Shown here: piece by piece, positions 50,996 to 60,171 of the stretch
Layout: each line of letters begins with the position of its first letter
Position numbering within the stretch: the stretch's first letter is position 1
NCBI GenBank assembly: GCA_033720695.1
Contig: JAWWCA010000001.1
Location: 634 to 64,633, forward strand
Source of the DNA: Rubricoccaceae bacterium
Lineage (GTDB): Bacteria; Bacteroidota; Rhodothermia; Rhodothermales; Rubricoccaceae
Length of the DNA stretch: 64,000 bases
Reading direction: 5' to 3'
Position numbers and translations under genes: made by a program
The notes under the pieces: model-generated
The model's database searches: none
What the model was told of the DNA's origin: nothing
Seen by the model: the letters and a program-made list of their open reading frames with translations, nothing else

Positions 50996-51364
50996 ATGAC
51001 CACGACCCCGCATCCCTCGGTCACGCTCGACCTCCGCCTTCGCGTCTCGCTCGGTCGCGCGCGTGGACCCGTCGGGCCTCTCGTCGAGGCCCTCCACGCA
51101 CGCCCCGACCTCGCCGCGGCCTGGCTGCCCCACCTCCTCGCCGTCGGCGCAGGCTGCGTCGCGCTGCCACCACTCGCCCACGCCCTCGGCGCCGGCGACG
51201 CCGCGCTGACCCTGCTCGCGCCCCTCGCCCACGACCTGCCCGCGGCCGCCCTCCAGGCGCTCACCGCCGAAGGCGTCGGCGGCACCCTCGTACGACTCGC
51301 CGAGGCCCTCCACGTCGAGGTCGAGCACGCCACGCTCGTCGACGACCCCGTCGCTCAACCCTAA
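50996..51364 (+). CDS. Ala/Leu-rich hypothetical protein
   Basis: Track ORF, 122 aa. Very high third-position GC with about 50% second-position GC by hand count supports coding. Lies 25 nt upstream of the HhH gene. No family recognised. Confidence 0.35.
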   Translation: MTTTPHPSVTLDLRLRVSLGRARGPVGPLVEALHARPDLAAAWLPHLLAVGAGCVALPPLAHALGAGDAALTLLAPLAHDLPAAALQALTAEGVGGTLVRLAEALHVEVEHATLVDDPVAQP

Positions 51365-51389
51365 CGGCCAACGCGACGATCCAACCCCC

Positions 51390-52202
51390 GTGCCCACCAA
51401 CGCCGACGTCGCCTCCCACCTCCGCGCCATCGCCGCGGCCCTCGAGCGCGAGGGCGCCAACCCCTACCGCATCGAGGCCTACCGGCGCGCGGCCGATGCG
51501 GTGGCGTCGCACCCCGACGCGATCGCCGCCATCGTCGCGCGCAACAAGGACGACCTCGTCGACCTGCCCGGCATCGGCAACGCGCTCGCCGCGGTGATCA
51601 TCGAGGTCGTCGAAACGGGAACGTCCACCACCCTCGATGGGCTCCAGGACCCCGACCGCGCCGTCCGCGCCCTCGCGTCCATCCCCGCCCTCGGACCCGT
51701 CCGCGCGAACCGCATTCACAAGACGCTTGGGGTCGACTCCCTCGACGACCTCGCCGCCGCTGCCGAGGATGGACGACTCCAGACCGTCCCCGGCATCGGG
51801 CCCGTCCTCGCCGCCCGCGTCGCCGACGCCGTCGGCGCCCGCACGGACCGCGCCGACCGTCCAACGGTGGCTGAGCTTCTTGACGTCGACGCCGAATACC
51901 GAACCCGGGCAGAAGCGGGGGACCTCCGACGCATCGCCCCGAAAGCCCACAACCCGACGGGGGAGGCGTGGCTCCCCATCCTCCACACCGCGCGGGGACC
52001 AAGGCGCTACACCGCCCTCTTCTCTAACACCGCGCGCGCGCACGAGCTGGACAAGACGCGCGACTGGGTCGTGATCTACCTCGACGACCCCGACCGCGAC
52101 GCGCAATGGACCGTCGTGACGGGTGCGAGCGGCGCACTCGCCGGACGCCGCGTCGTACGGGGCCGAGAAGGGGAGACGCGCGCGCACCTCGCGGAGGCGT
52201 AG
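51390..52202 (+). CDS. PolX N-terminal-like helix-hairpin-helix protein lacking the polymerase palm
   Basis: Track ORF, 270 aa. NADVASHLRAIAAALEREGANPYRIEAYRRAA and two HhH motifs (LPGIGNALA, VPGIGPVLA) parallel the PolX N-terminus at 31637. The C-terminus is an unrelated ~90-aa domain (RIAPKAHNPTGEAWLPILHTARGPRRYTALFSNTARAHELDKTRDWVVIY). Confidence 0.72.
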   Translation: MPTNADVASHLRAIAAALEREGANPYRIEAYRRAADAVASHPDAIAAIVARNKDDLVDLPGIGNALAAVIIEVVETGTSTTLDGLQDPDRAVRALASIPALGPVRANRIHKTLGVDSLDDLAAAAEDGRLQTVPGIGPVLAARVADAVGARTDRADRPTVAELLDVDAEYRTRAEAGDLRRIAPKAHNPTGEAWLPILHTARGPRRYTALFSNTARAHELDKTRDWVVIYLDDPDRDAQWTVVTGASGALAGRRVVRGREGETRAHLAEA

Positions 52203-52236
52203 GCCAGGCCCACAAGCCTCAGCCGCATCGACCCCG

Positions 52237-52485
52237 TCACGAGTCGTCGCCGCCCATGACGATCGTCGTCCGGCGCTCTCCCCCTGCCACGTAGGTGCAA
52301 ACGCACCCGGGGCCGTGCGGCAAGGGAGACGCCGCGAGCGCCTCGTCCACACGAAGGCGCATCCCGATCGCCGCGGCGCACGCAGCCGGTGGGTCCGGCA
52401 CCTCCACCGCAGCGACCACCTCGACCGTCTTGACGCCCCGCCGACGGAGGCCGTCCAGGAGCAACCGATGGCTCGACCGCTTCAT
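52237..52485 (-). CDS. small protein, third and degenerate copy of the MuF/gp7-like module
   Basis: ATG at 52485 within track ORF 52237..52986: MKRSSHRLLLDGLRRRGVKTVEVVAAVEVPDPPAACAAAIGMRLRVDEALAASPLPHGPGCVCTYVAG... Aligns with the modules at 14432-14644 and 15732..16136, but the first CxxC is replaced by AAC. Confidence 0.4.
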   Translation of the reverse strand: MKRSSHRLLLDGLRRRGVKTVEVVAAVEVPDPPAACAAAIGMRLRVDEALAASPLPHGPGCVCTYVAGGERRTTIVMGGDDS

Positions 52486-52498
52486 AGGCGCAGCCCCC

Positions 52499-52873
52499 TC
52501 ATGACGACCCGGGCGCATACGTCCCGAAGCTCCACTCGTACCCCTCCACATCCCGGGCACGGTACCGCCGCGTCCCGAACGGGGTGTCTTCCGGTGGATA
52601 CACGATGTCGGCCCCCGCCGACCGGGCGCGTTCGTGGTGGGCGTCCACGTCCTCGACCACGAGGTAGACGCCGGGACCCGCCGGCTGCCCGGCCGGCCGA
52701 TGGTCCACCTGCCCAAGCATGATGTAGGCGCCGCGGTGCCGCATCTCAGCGTGGACCACCACGCCGTCCTCGTCTGGCACCACGACGGTCGGCTCCAGAC
52801 CAAACGCTGACTCCAGCCATGCCACGGCCGTGGCGGCGTCCACGTACGAGAAATAGGGAACGATCGAGGCCAT
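52499..52873 (-). CDS. VOC family protein
   Basis: ATG at 52873 within track ORF 52499..53104: MASIVPYFSYVDAATAVAWLESAFG ... YRARDVEGYEWSFGTY. Confidence 0.85.
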   Translation of the reverse strand: MASIVPYFSYVDAATAVAWLESAFGLEPTVVVPDEDGVVVHAEMRHRGAYIMLGQVDHRPAGQPAGPGVYLVVEDVDAHHERARSAGADIVYPPEDTPFGTRRYRARDVEGYEWSFGTYAPGSS

Positions 52874-52998
52874 CGCGGTTGGGCGGAGGAACAGCCCCAA
52901 TCTACCGATCTCGAGCCCACCGTACCGCAAGGGGAGGGGAGAGGCCGGCGAGGCCGTACCGCCCGCCACCCCATCGGCCGCCGCACGCGCGACCTCGT

Positions 52999-53823
52999 CT
53001 ACGCGCCCCCGGCCTCTGGTGCAGAGCGCGCGGCTGGAGCCAGGTGGTCCACGGCCACGACGAGACCACCGCCGCGCGCGAGGCCGGCCGACACGCTCCG
53101 CCACCGCGCGGCCTCACGCGCATGACGGGCGGACGCGCCTGGGGCGATCCCGGCCAGCCGATCCGCTTCCCACGCATGGTGTCGTTCGTAGGCCGCTGCG
53201 ACCAGGGCGTCGTCGAGCGGCTCGAAGCCACGCACATCGTGCCACGCCACAGACACGTGATTGGCGAGGACCGAGCCGCTGTAGACCGCCACCCGACCGG
53301 CCGACGAGAAGGCGGCCAGGGCGGCGCTCAGGAGCGCGCTGGCCACGCCGCGGCGGCGCCACGCCGGCACCACGCCGAGGGCATCAACCACGGGCCCCGA
53401 CGACGGCCCCTCGCGCACCAGAAGCACTCCCACGAGCGCGCCGCCCGGGGCCACCGCGACGCGGGTGGCCGGGAGGACCGCACCCCGGGCGCTGCGCAGG
53501 AACGCTGCCGCAAACGCCGCGAGCTCCCCCTGCCGCTCGGCGCGCGGCCAGCCATAGTAGTCGACGCTGTCTGCGAAGGCGCTCTGCAGGGTGGCCGTGA
53601 TCGACGCGCCCTCTCCAGCCTGCATCGGGCGCACCTCGCGGCCGGGGCAGGGGACCCCAACCTGGAAGGGGCCGGTCGACCGGCGAACCGTGCGGACGAT
53701 GGGGGCGGGCCGCACCCGAAACGCTCCGTCGACAAGCTCGTAACGCCACGGAAGCGCTCGGAATTCGTCCCGCTCCAGACACCGGCCCTGGCAGGGGCGG
53801 GGATCGAACACGGGCCGCACCAT
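52999..53823 (-). CDS. GNAT-family N-acetyltransferase (start uncertain)
   Basis: Track ORF, 274 aa: ...GALVGVLLVRE...VDALGVVPAWRRRGVASALLSAAL (acetyl-CoA binding motif). Confidence 0.7.
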   Translation of the reverse strand: MVRPVFDPRPCQGRCLERDEFRALPWRYELVDGAFRVRPAPIVRTVRRSTGPFQVGVPCPGREVRPMQAGEGASITATLQSAFADSVDYYGWPRAERQGELAAFAAAFLRSARGAVLPATRVAVAPGGALVGVLLVREGPSSGPVVDALGVVPAWRRRGVASALLSAALAAFSSAGRVAVYSGSVLANHVSVAWHDVRGFEPLDDALVAAAYERHHAWEADRLAGIAPGASARHAREAARWRSVSAGLARGGGLVVAVDHLAPAARSAPEAGGA

Positions 53824-53834
53824 CAGCAGGGGAA

Positions 53835-53885
53835 GGGGAGAGGTGGGGCAGGAGAGGGGAGAGGTGGGGCAGGAGAGGGGAGAGG
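53835..53885. repeat. 2.4 copies of a 21-bp purine-rich tandem repeat GGGGAGAGGTGGGGCAGGAGA
   Basis: Copies at 53835-53855 and 53856-53876, with a partial copy at 53877-53885. On the minus (coding) strand it is a C/T tract directly upstream of the GNAT start. Confidence 0.85.
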
Positions 53886-53890
53886 CGCCC

Positions 53891-54346
53891 TCACGTCGAC
53901 CGGAGTCGGCGATGCCCGAAGAGAGCGAGCGCGTGCACCAGCGTGTCCACCTTCGCCGGTCCGAACCCCGGCAGATCGCCGGCCCGTGCCCGGACCGCCT
54001 TCTCGTCGCCCTCCGACCAGACCTCCGAGGCGTCGCCCCGGTACTCCGTCGACACCGCGCCCGCGAGCGCGCGCGCCCGGCGCGCCATCATCTTCGGGTA
54101 CCGGTGAAGCGCCGGCTTCTCCGCGAACACCGCGTGCACCGCGTCGTCATCCATCGCCGCCAGCCGAGACGGGTCGAGGTGACCGAGCCGCGCCTTCAGG
54201 CGGTGCGGCGCCTCGAACGCCGTCTCCGCACGCACCTGCTGGTCCAACAGGACGCCCAGCAGCAGCGCGAACGGGTCGCGCTCCAGCAGCGCCACGGCGT
54301 CCGGGTCGAGAAGCGGTGCGCCCTCGCTCGCGGAGCGCTCCTCCAT
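53891..54346 (-). CDS. HhH-GPD-type base-excision-repair-like protein
   Basis: ATG at 54346 within artefactual ORF 53891..55525: ...DPFALLLGVLLDQQVRAETAFEAPHRLKARLG ... EKPALHRYPKMMARRARAL ... LPGFGPAKVDTLVHALALFG. Confidence 0.75.
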   Translation of the reverse strand: MEERSASEGAPLLDPDAVALLERDPFALLLGVLLDQQVRAETAFEAPHRLKARLGHLDPSRLAAMDDDAVHAVFAEKPALHRYPKMMARRARALAGAVSTEYRGDASEVWSEGDEKAVRARAGDLPGFGPAKVDTLVHALALFGHRRLRST

Positions 54347-54490
54347 GCGGTCGAGTCCTCCCACGGGAGTCTGGGTCGTGAGGCCCGCCCGAGGGCGCAC
54401 CTCCAGAACGGATCGCCCCCGCAACTGGCGAGGGAATAGCAGGATAATACTAACGGGACCCCATACGGCGCGCACCCGTACCCGCCGCCC

Positions 54491-55555
54491 ATGGATCCCC
54501 TCCTCTCCGTCGACCCCTGCGGCCTCTACTGCGCAGCGGGCGACTTCCACGTCGACCCCTGGCGACCCGTCCCGCGCGCCGTCGTCACCCATGCCCACGG
54601 CGACCACCTCACCCGTGGCTGCGGCCGATACCTCGTCGCCCACGACGGCCGAACCGTCACGGCCGTCCGCCTCGGCAGCGACGCCCGCATCCAGACGGCG
54701 CCGTACGGCGAGACGCTCTCGATCAACGGCGTCACCGTCTCCCTCCACCCGGCCGGTCACATCCTCGGATCGGCCCAGGTCCGCATCGAGCACGCGGGCC
54801 ACGTCGCCGTCGTCACCGGCGACTTCAAGGCCGCGCCCGGCGCCACCGCGGCCGCCTTCGAGCCCGTCCCCTGCCACACGCTCGTCCCCGAGAGCACCTT
54901 CGCGCTCCCCATCTACCGCTGGCCCGACGAAGCCCTCGTCGCCGCCGACATCGCGGCGTGGTGGGACGACGCACGCCAGCGCGGTCGCACCGCCGTCCTC
55001 TTCGCCTATGCCCTCGGCAAAGCCCAGCGCCTCCTCGCCCTCCTCCCCGACCCTCTCCCGGGGCCCGTCTTCACCCACGGCGCCGTCGAACGACTCACCG
55101 AGGCCTACCGCCACGCCGGCGTCCATCTCCCGCGCACGCACCATGCCTCGTCCTACCGCGCCGACAACCCCGACCACGCCGGCGCGCTCGTCGTCGCTCC
55201 GCCGTCGACCCGCGCCTCGCCCTGGCTCCGTCGGTTCGGGGACGTGACCACCGCCTTCGCCAGCGGATGGATGCGCGTCCGCGGAACCCGCCGACGACGC
55301 GCCGTCGACCGGGGCTTCGTGCTCTCCGACCACGCCGACTGGCCCGGACTCCTCCGCGCCATCGAGGCCACCGGCGCCGAACGCGTGCTCCCGACCCACG
55401 GTTACACCGAGGTCCTCGCACGGTGGTGCCGCGAGTGCGGCCTCGACGCCGAACCGCTCCCAACGGCCTATGCCGCCACCCTCGACGACGAGGAGGCCAC
55501 CCCCACCCTCGACGACGAGGCCCACGACACCGGCGACGACGAGGCCACACCGTGA
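54491..55555 (+). CDS. ligase-associated DNA damage response exonuclease (metallo-beta-lactamase fold)
   Basis: Track ORF, 354 aa: AVVTHAHGDHL (HxHxDH) ... LHPAGHILGSAQ ... VVTGDFK. First gene of the ligase-associated cluster. Confidence 0.88.
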   Translation: MDPLLSVDPCGLYCAAGDFHVDPWRPVPRAVVTHAHGDHLTRGCGRYLVAHDGRTVTAVRLGSDARIQTAPYGETLSINGVTVSLHPAGHILGSAQVRIEHAGHVAVVTGDFKAAPGATAAAFEPVPCHTLVPESTFALPIYRWPDEALVAADIAAWWDDARQRGRTAVLFAYALGKAQRLLALLPDPLPGPVFTHGAVERLTEAYRHAGVHLPRTHHASSYRADNPDHAGALVVAPPSTRASPWLRRFGDVTTAFASGWMRVRGTRRRRAVDRGFVLSDHADWPGLLRAIEATGAERVLPTHGYTEVLARWCRECGLDAEPLPTAYAATLDDEEATPTLDDEAHDTGDDEATP

Positions 55556-57156
55556 CCTCGTTCACCGACCTCTACCACGCGCTCGATGGGACCACGCGCA
55601 CCAGCGAGAAGCGCGCCCTCCTCACCGACTACTTCCGCGAGGCCCCCCCCGAGGACGCCGCCTGGGCCGTCTTCTACCTCTCCGGCCAGCGCCTGAAGGG
55701 CCTCGTCCGATCCGGCCTCCTCCGCCAGTGGGCCGCCGAGGTCGCCGACGTCCCCGATTGGCTCTTCGACGAGGCCTACAACGCCGTGGGCGACCTCGCC
55801 GAAACCATCGCGCTCCTCCTCCCCGACGCCGAGGCCCACGCCCAGCTCCCCCCCCTCCACCGCCTCATCGACGAGTGGGTCGCACCCCTCCGGACCGCCA
55901 CCGACGACGAACGGCGCCAGCGCGTCGCCGCGGCATGGGGCGCGCTCCCCGCCGACGCCCGCTTCGTCTACAACAAGCTGCTCCGCGGAGGCTTCCGCGT
56001 CGGCGTCTCGAAGCGAACCGTCACCGCCGCCGTCGCCGAGGCCGCCGGACTCGATACCGCCGTCGTCGCCCTCCGCCTCATGGGCGACTGGAAGCCCTCC
56101 GCCGAGGCGTTCCAGCGCCTCATCGCGCCCGACGAGGGAGAGGCCGACACCGCTAGACCCTACCCCTTCTTCCTCGCGCACCCCCTCGAGGGCCCACCCG
56201 ACGAGCTCGGTCCGGTCACCGACTGGCTCGCCGAAGAGAAGTGGGACGGCGTCCGCGCCCAGATCGTCCGCCGCGACGGGCAGACCTTCCTCTGGAGCCG
56301 CGGCGAGGACGAGGTCGCCTTCCGCTTCCCGGAGATCGCGGACGCGGCCCACGCTCTCCCGGACGGCACCGTCCTCGACGGCGAAATCGTCGGATGGCGG
56401 GACGGCCGCCTCCTCCCGTTCACCGAGCTCCAGCGACGCCTCAACCGCGTCTCCGTCTCCGCTCGCCTCCTCAGCGACGTCCCCGTCCGCCTCTTCGCCT
56501 TCGATGTCCTCGAACGCGACGGCAGCGACCTCCGACAACGCCCCCTCGCCGAGCGACGACGCGCCCTCCACGCCCTCCTGCCCGACGACGGCCTGGGGCC
56601 CATCGTCCCCGCCCCGACCGTGCCCGCCGGCTCCTGGGAGGCCCTCGCCGAGCACCGCGCCACCAGCCGCGATCGCGGCGTCGAGGGGCTCATGCTCAAG
56701 CGCCGGACCAGCCCCTACCGCGTCGGACGACCCCGCGGCGACTGGTGGAAGTGGAAGGTCGAGCCCCTCACCTTCGACGCCGTCCTCGTCTACGCACGCC
56801 CCGGAACCGGCCGACGCGCCTCGCTCTTCACCGACCTCTCGTTCGCGGTCTGGCGCGGCGACGAACTCGTCAAAATCGCCGACGCCTACTCCGGCCTCAC
56901 CGACGCCGAGTTCCGAGAGCTCTCCCGCTTCGTCCGCCGCAACACGACCGAGCGCTTCGGGCCCGTCCGCGCCGTCACCCCCACCCGCGTCTTCGAGCTC
57001 GCCTGCGAGGGCGTCAACCCCTCCAAACGCCACAAGGCCGGCGTCGCCGTCCGCTTCCCCCGCATCGTCCGCGCCCGCCCCGACAAGACGCCCCAACAGG
57101 CCGATTCCCTCGACACCGTGCGCGCCCTCGCAGGCCTCGATTCCGACACGACCTAG
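55552..57156 (+). CDS. ATP-dependent DNA ligase (ligase-associated cluster type)
   Basis: GTG 55552 within artefactual ORF 54958..57156, overlapping the previous stop (GTGA): VTSFTDLYHALDGTTRTSEKRALL ... EEKWDGVRAQI (KxDG) ... EGLMLKR ... WWKWKV. Confidence 0.9.
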   Translation: MTSFTDLYHALDGTTRTSEKRALLTDYFREAPPEDAAWAVFYLSGQRLKGLVRSGLLRQWAAEVADVPDWLFDEAYNAVGDLAETIALLLPDAEAHAQLPPLHRLIDEWVAPLRTATDDERRQRVAAAWGALPADARFVYNKLLRGGFRVGVSKRTVTAAVAEAAGLDTAVVALRLMGDWKPSAEAFQRLIAPDEGEADTARPYPFFLAHPLEGPPDELGPVTDWLAEEKWDGVRAQIVRRDGQTFLWSRGEDEVAFRFPEIADAAHALPDGTVLDGEIVGWRDGRLLPFTELQRRLNRVSVSARLLSDVPVRLFAFDVLERDGSDLRQRPLAERRRALHALLPDDGLGPIVPAPTVPAGSWEALAEHRATSRDRGVEGLMLKRRTSPYRVGRPRGDWWKWKVEPLTFDAVLVYARPGTGRRASLFTDLSFAVWRGDELVKIADAYSGLTDAEFRELSRFVRRNTTERFGPVRAVTPTRVFELACEGVNPSKRHKAGVAVRFPRIVRARPDKTPQQADSLDTVRALAGLDSDTT

Positions 57157-57221
57157 CGCGGGCTCTTTCACCAGCGTCGCGCGTAGCACCCGGCCCCTCC
57201 CGCGCCGCCGCGCCCGGCCCC

Positions 57222-57722
57222 ATGCACTACCTCGACGACTACCTGACGCACGCCCTCGGTGCCGCGCTCAACGCCGCACGCGAACTCGGCGAGGCCGTCG
57301 CCGCCCACGTCGACCTCGTCCACGACGACGACGTGCGCCACAACGTCGAGGAGGCCGGCGCGCTCATGGACGAACACGTCGACATCGTCGACGCGCTCCT
57401 CCGCGAGGGCGGCCACGCCGTCGAATGGGAGCCCTCCCGCCCCGTCAGCGCGCTCTTCGAAGAGCTCGACATCGCCCTCGAGGTGATCGCCGCTCCCGAG
57501 CTCTCCGATGCCGCCGTCCTCGCGGCCACCCACGCCGCCCTCCACGTCGTCCGCGCCACCTACGCCGGCATCCGTTGCCAGGCCGCCCACCTCGGGCGGT
57601 ACGACGTCGTCCGCGACCTCGACCTCGCCCTCTCCGACAGCGACACCGCCATCGCGGCGCTCCACGGCATTACCGAGACGTGCCTCGGACGCGCCCTCCG
57701 TCGCTCGAGCGCACCGGCGTGA
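57222..57722 (+). CDS. divergent DUF892-like protein inserted in the ligase-associated operon
   Basis: ATG 57222 within artefactual ORF 56241..57722. HYLDDYLTHALGAALNAAREL ... HAALHVVRATYAGIRCQAAHLGRYDVVRDLDLALSDSDTAIAAL aligns by eye with the DUF892 gene at 20407. Its stop overlaps the helicase GTG (GTGA). Confidence 0.5.
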   Translation: MHYLDDYLTHALGAALNAARELGEAVAAHVDLVHDDDVRHNVEEAGALMDEHVDIVDALLREGGHAVEWEPSRPVSALFEELDIALEVIAAPELSDAAVLAATHAALHVVRATYAGIRCQAAHLGRYDVVRDLDLALSDSDTAIAALHGITETCLGRALRRSSAPA

Positions 57723-60160
57723 GCACATCGCTCGCACCCCCGCTCGCGGCGTGGTTCGAGGCGCGGGGATGGACCCCGCTCCCGTTCCAGAACGAGGTGC
57801 GCGAACGCTACCGCGACGGGCAGTCCGGCCTCATCCACGCCGCCACGGGCTCCGGGAAAACGCTCGCGGCCTGGGGCGCCGTCCTGGACAACGCCCTCCG
57901 ATCCGGCCGTGACGCCACCGACGAGCCCCTCGCGCTCTGGATCACCCCGCTCCGCGCCCTCGCCGTCGACACCACCCGCGCCCTCCTCGAGCCGGTCCAG
58001 GACCTCGACCTCGCCTGGCGCGTCGAGCGGCGAACCGGAGACACCGCCGCCGCCGTCAAAACGCGGCAACGCCACGCGCTCCCCACCGCCCTCGTCACCA
58101 CGCCCGAGAGCCTCTCGCTCCTCCTCACCTACCCCCGCACGGCCGAGCAGCTGGCCTCGCTCGAAGCCGTCGTCATCGACGAGTGGCATGAGCTCCTCGG
58201 ATCCAAGCGCGGAACCCTCGTCCAGCTCGCCCTCGAACGGCTACGCGCCTACAGCCCCGCCCTCCGCGTCTGGGGCATCTCCGCCACCCTGGGAGACCTC
58301 GGCGAAGCCCGCGACGTCCTCCTCGGCCCGGGCCGCGACGGCGCCCTCGTCGAGGGGCCGCCCGCCCGCCCCCTCCACCTCGACACCGTCGTCCCCGACG
58401 ACGTCGGGCGCTTCCCGTGGGCCGGACACCTCGGCCTGCACCTCGCCGAGGCCGTGGCCGACGTCGTCGACGAAGCCGCTTCCGCCCTCGTCTTCGTCAA
58501 CACCCGCGCGCAGGCCGAGCGGTGGTACCAGGCCATGCGCTTCTTCCGCCCCGACTGGGGCGACGCCCTCGCCATCCACCACGGCGCGCTCTCGCGCGCC
58601 CAGCGCCGGGCCGTCGAGGCCGGCATCCGCGACGGCGCCGTCCGATGCGCCGTCTGCACCTCCTCGCTCGACCTCGGCGTCGATTTCCCGCCCGTGGACC
58701 ACGTCGTCCAGATCGGCTCCGCCAAGGGCGTCGCTCGCCTCCTCCAGCGCGCCGGGCGCTCCGGACACCAGCCAGGGCGGCCCGCGCGACTCACCCTCGT
58801 GCCCACCCACGCCTTCGAGCTCGTCGAAGCCGAAGCCGCACGCACCGCCGTCGCCCAAGGCGACCTCGAACAGCCACGACCCCCAGACCTCCCCCTCGAC
58901 GTCCTCATCCAGCACATGGTCACCGTCGCGTGTGGCGACGGCTTCACGGCCGACGGACTCTACGACGAGGTCCGCCGAACCTGGGCCTTCCGCGACCTCG
59001 AACGCGACGCCTTCGACGGCGCCCTCGACTTCGCCGTCCGAGGCGGAGACGCGCTCAACGCCTACGAGGAATATCACCGCATCGTCTACTTCCGCGACCT
59101 CTACCGCGCCGCCTCCTCCGAGGCCGTCCGCCGCCACCGGATGTCCATCGGCGTCATCGTCGGCGACGGCCACGTCGACGTCAAGTACGTCCGCGGCCGC
59201 AAGCTCGGCTCCGTCCCCGAGTCCTTCCTCGCCCGCCTCTCCCGCGGCGACACCTTCCTCCTCGGTGGCCGCGCCCTCACGCTCGTCCGCGTCCGCGACA
59301 TGACCGCCTACGTCCGACGCGCCGCCGCCGGCACCCCCGCCGTCCCCCGCTACGCCGGCGGCCTCCTCCCGCTCTCGCGCGAGCTCGCGACCGCCGTCCG
59401 AGACGTCCTCGGCGACGTCGCCCACGGCCACCCGCCCGACGCCCCGGAAATCGACGCGCTCGACCGCCTCTTCCGACTCCAACAGCGCTGGTCCACCGTC
59501 CCACGCGCCGACCAGACCCTCATCGAGCGCACCCGCACGCGCGAGGGCCACCACCTCTTCCTCTACCCCTTCGCCGGCCGCCTCGTCCATGAGGGCCTCG
59601 CCGCCCTCGTCGCCCTCCGCCTCGCCCGCCGCCAGCCCGTCACCTTCAGCCTCTCGGCTACCGACTACGGCCTCGAACTCCTCGCCGCCGACCCCGTCCC
59701 CCTCGAGCCCGACACCGCCGCCGAGCTGTTCTCCCCCGACCACCTCGAGCAGGACCTCCACGACGCGCTCAACGAGTCGGAGCTCGCCCGGCGCCAGTTC
59801 CGGGAGGTCGCGCGCATCGGCGGCCTCGTGTTCACCGGGTACCCGGGCTCCCGCACCGTCCGGCAACTCCAGGCCTCCGCCGGCCTCATCCACGACGTCC
59901 TCGCCCGCCATGAGCCCGACCACCTCCTCCTCGCCCAGGCCCGCCGCGAGGTCCTCGAACGCCAACTCGACCGGCCCCGGATCGCCGACACCCTCCGCGC
60001 CATCCAGGCCAGCAGCCTCCTCATCATCGACACCCCCCGCCTCACGCCCTTCGCCTTCCCCATTCTCACCAACCGCCTCCGCGAAAAGGTGTCGTCCGAG
60101 AAGGCCCGCGACCGCATCAAGCGGCTCGCGGCGCAGCTCGAGCGCGCGGCCGACAGGTGA
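57719..60160 (+). CDS. ligase-associated DNA damage response DEXH-box helicase (Lhr-like)
   Basis: GTG 57719 within artefactual ORF 56504..60160: PFQNEVRERYRDGQSGLIHAATGSGKTLAAW (motif I), VVIDEWHEL (DEWH), VFVNTRAQAE, TSSLDLGVD, QRAGRSGH (motif VI). Confidence 0.92.
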   Translation: MSTSLAPPLAAWFEARGWTPLPFQNEVRERYRDGQSGLIHAATGSGKTLAAWGAVLDNALRSGRDATDEPLALWITPLRALAVDTTRALLEPVQDLDLAWRVERRTGDTAAAVKTRQRHALPTALVTTPESLSLLLTYPRTAEQLASLEAVVIDEWHELLGSKRGTLVQLALERLRAYSPALRVWGISATLGDLGEARDVLLGPGRDGALVEGPPARPLHLDTVVPDDVGRFPWAGHLGLHLAEAVADVVDEAASALVFVNTRAQAERWYQAMRFFRPDWGDALAIHHGALSRAQRRAVEAGIRDGAVRCAVCTSSLDLGVDFPPVDHVVQIGSAKGVARLLQRAGRSGHQPGRPARLTLVPTHAFELVEAEAARTAVAQGDLEQPRPPDLPLDVLIQHMVTVACGDGFTADGLYDEVRRTWAFRDLERDAFDGALDFAVRGGDALNAYEEYHRIVYFRDLYRAASSEAVRRHRMSIGVIVGDGHVDVKYVRGRKLGSVPESFLARLSRGDTFLLGGRALTLVRVRDMTAYVRRAAAGTPAVPRYAGGLLPLSRELATAVRDVLGDVAHGHPPDAPEIDALDRLFRLQQRWSTVPRADQTLIERTRTREGHHLFLYPFAGRLVHEGLAALVALRLARRQPVTFSLSATDYGLELLAADPVPLEPDTAAELFSPDHLEQDLHDALNESELARRQFREVARIGGLVFTGYPGSRTVRQLQASAGLIHDVLARHEPDHLLLAQARREVLERQLDRPRIADTLRAIQASSLLIIDTPRLTPFAFPILTNRLREKVSSEKARDRIKRLAAQLERAADR

Positions 60161-60171
60161 CCGTTTACGGG
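60156..60171. repeat. orphan iteron copy GGTGACCGTTTACGGG on the helicase/pdeM junction
   Basis: A perfect 16-mer. With flanks, 60154-60174 (CAGGTGACCGTTTACGGGACG) is identical to 47389-47409, the rep-proximal iteron. It contains the helicase stop TGA (60158-60160) and a possible GTG start (60157). Confidence 0.85.
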
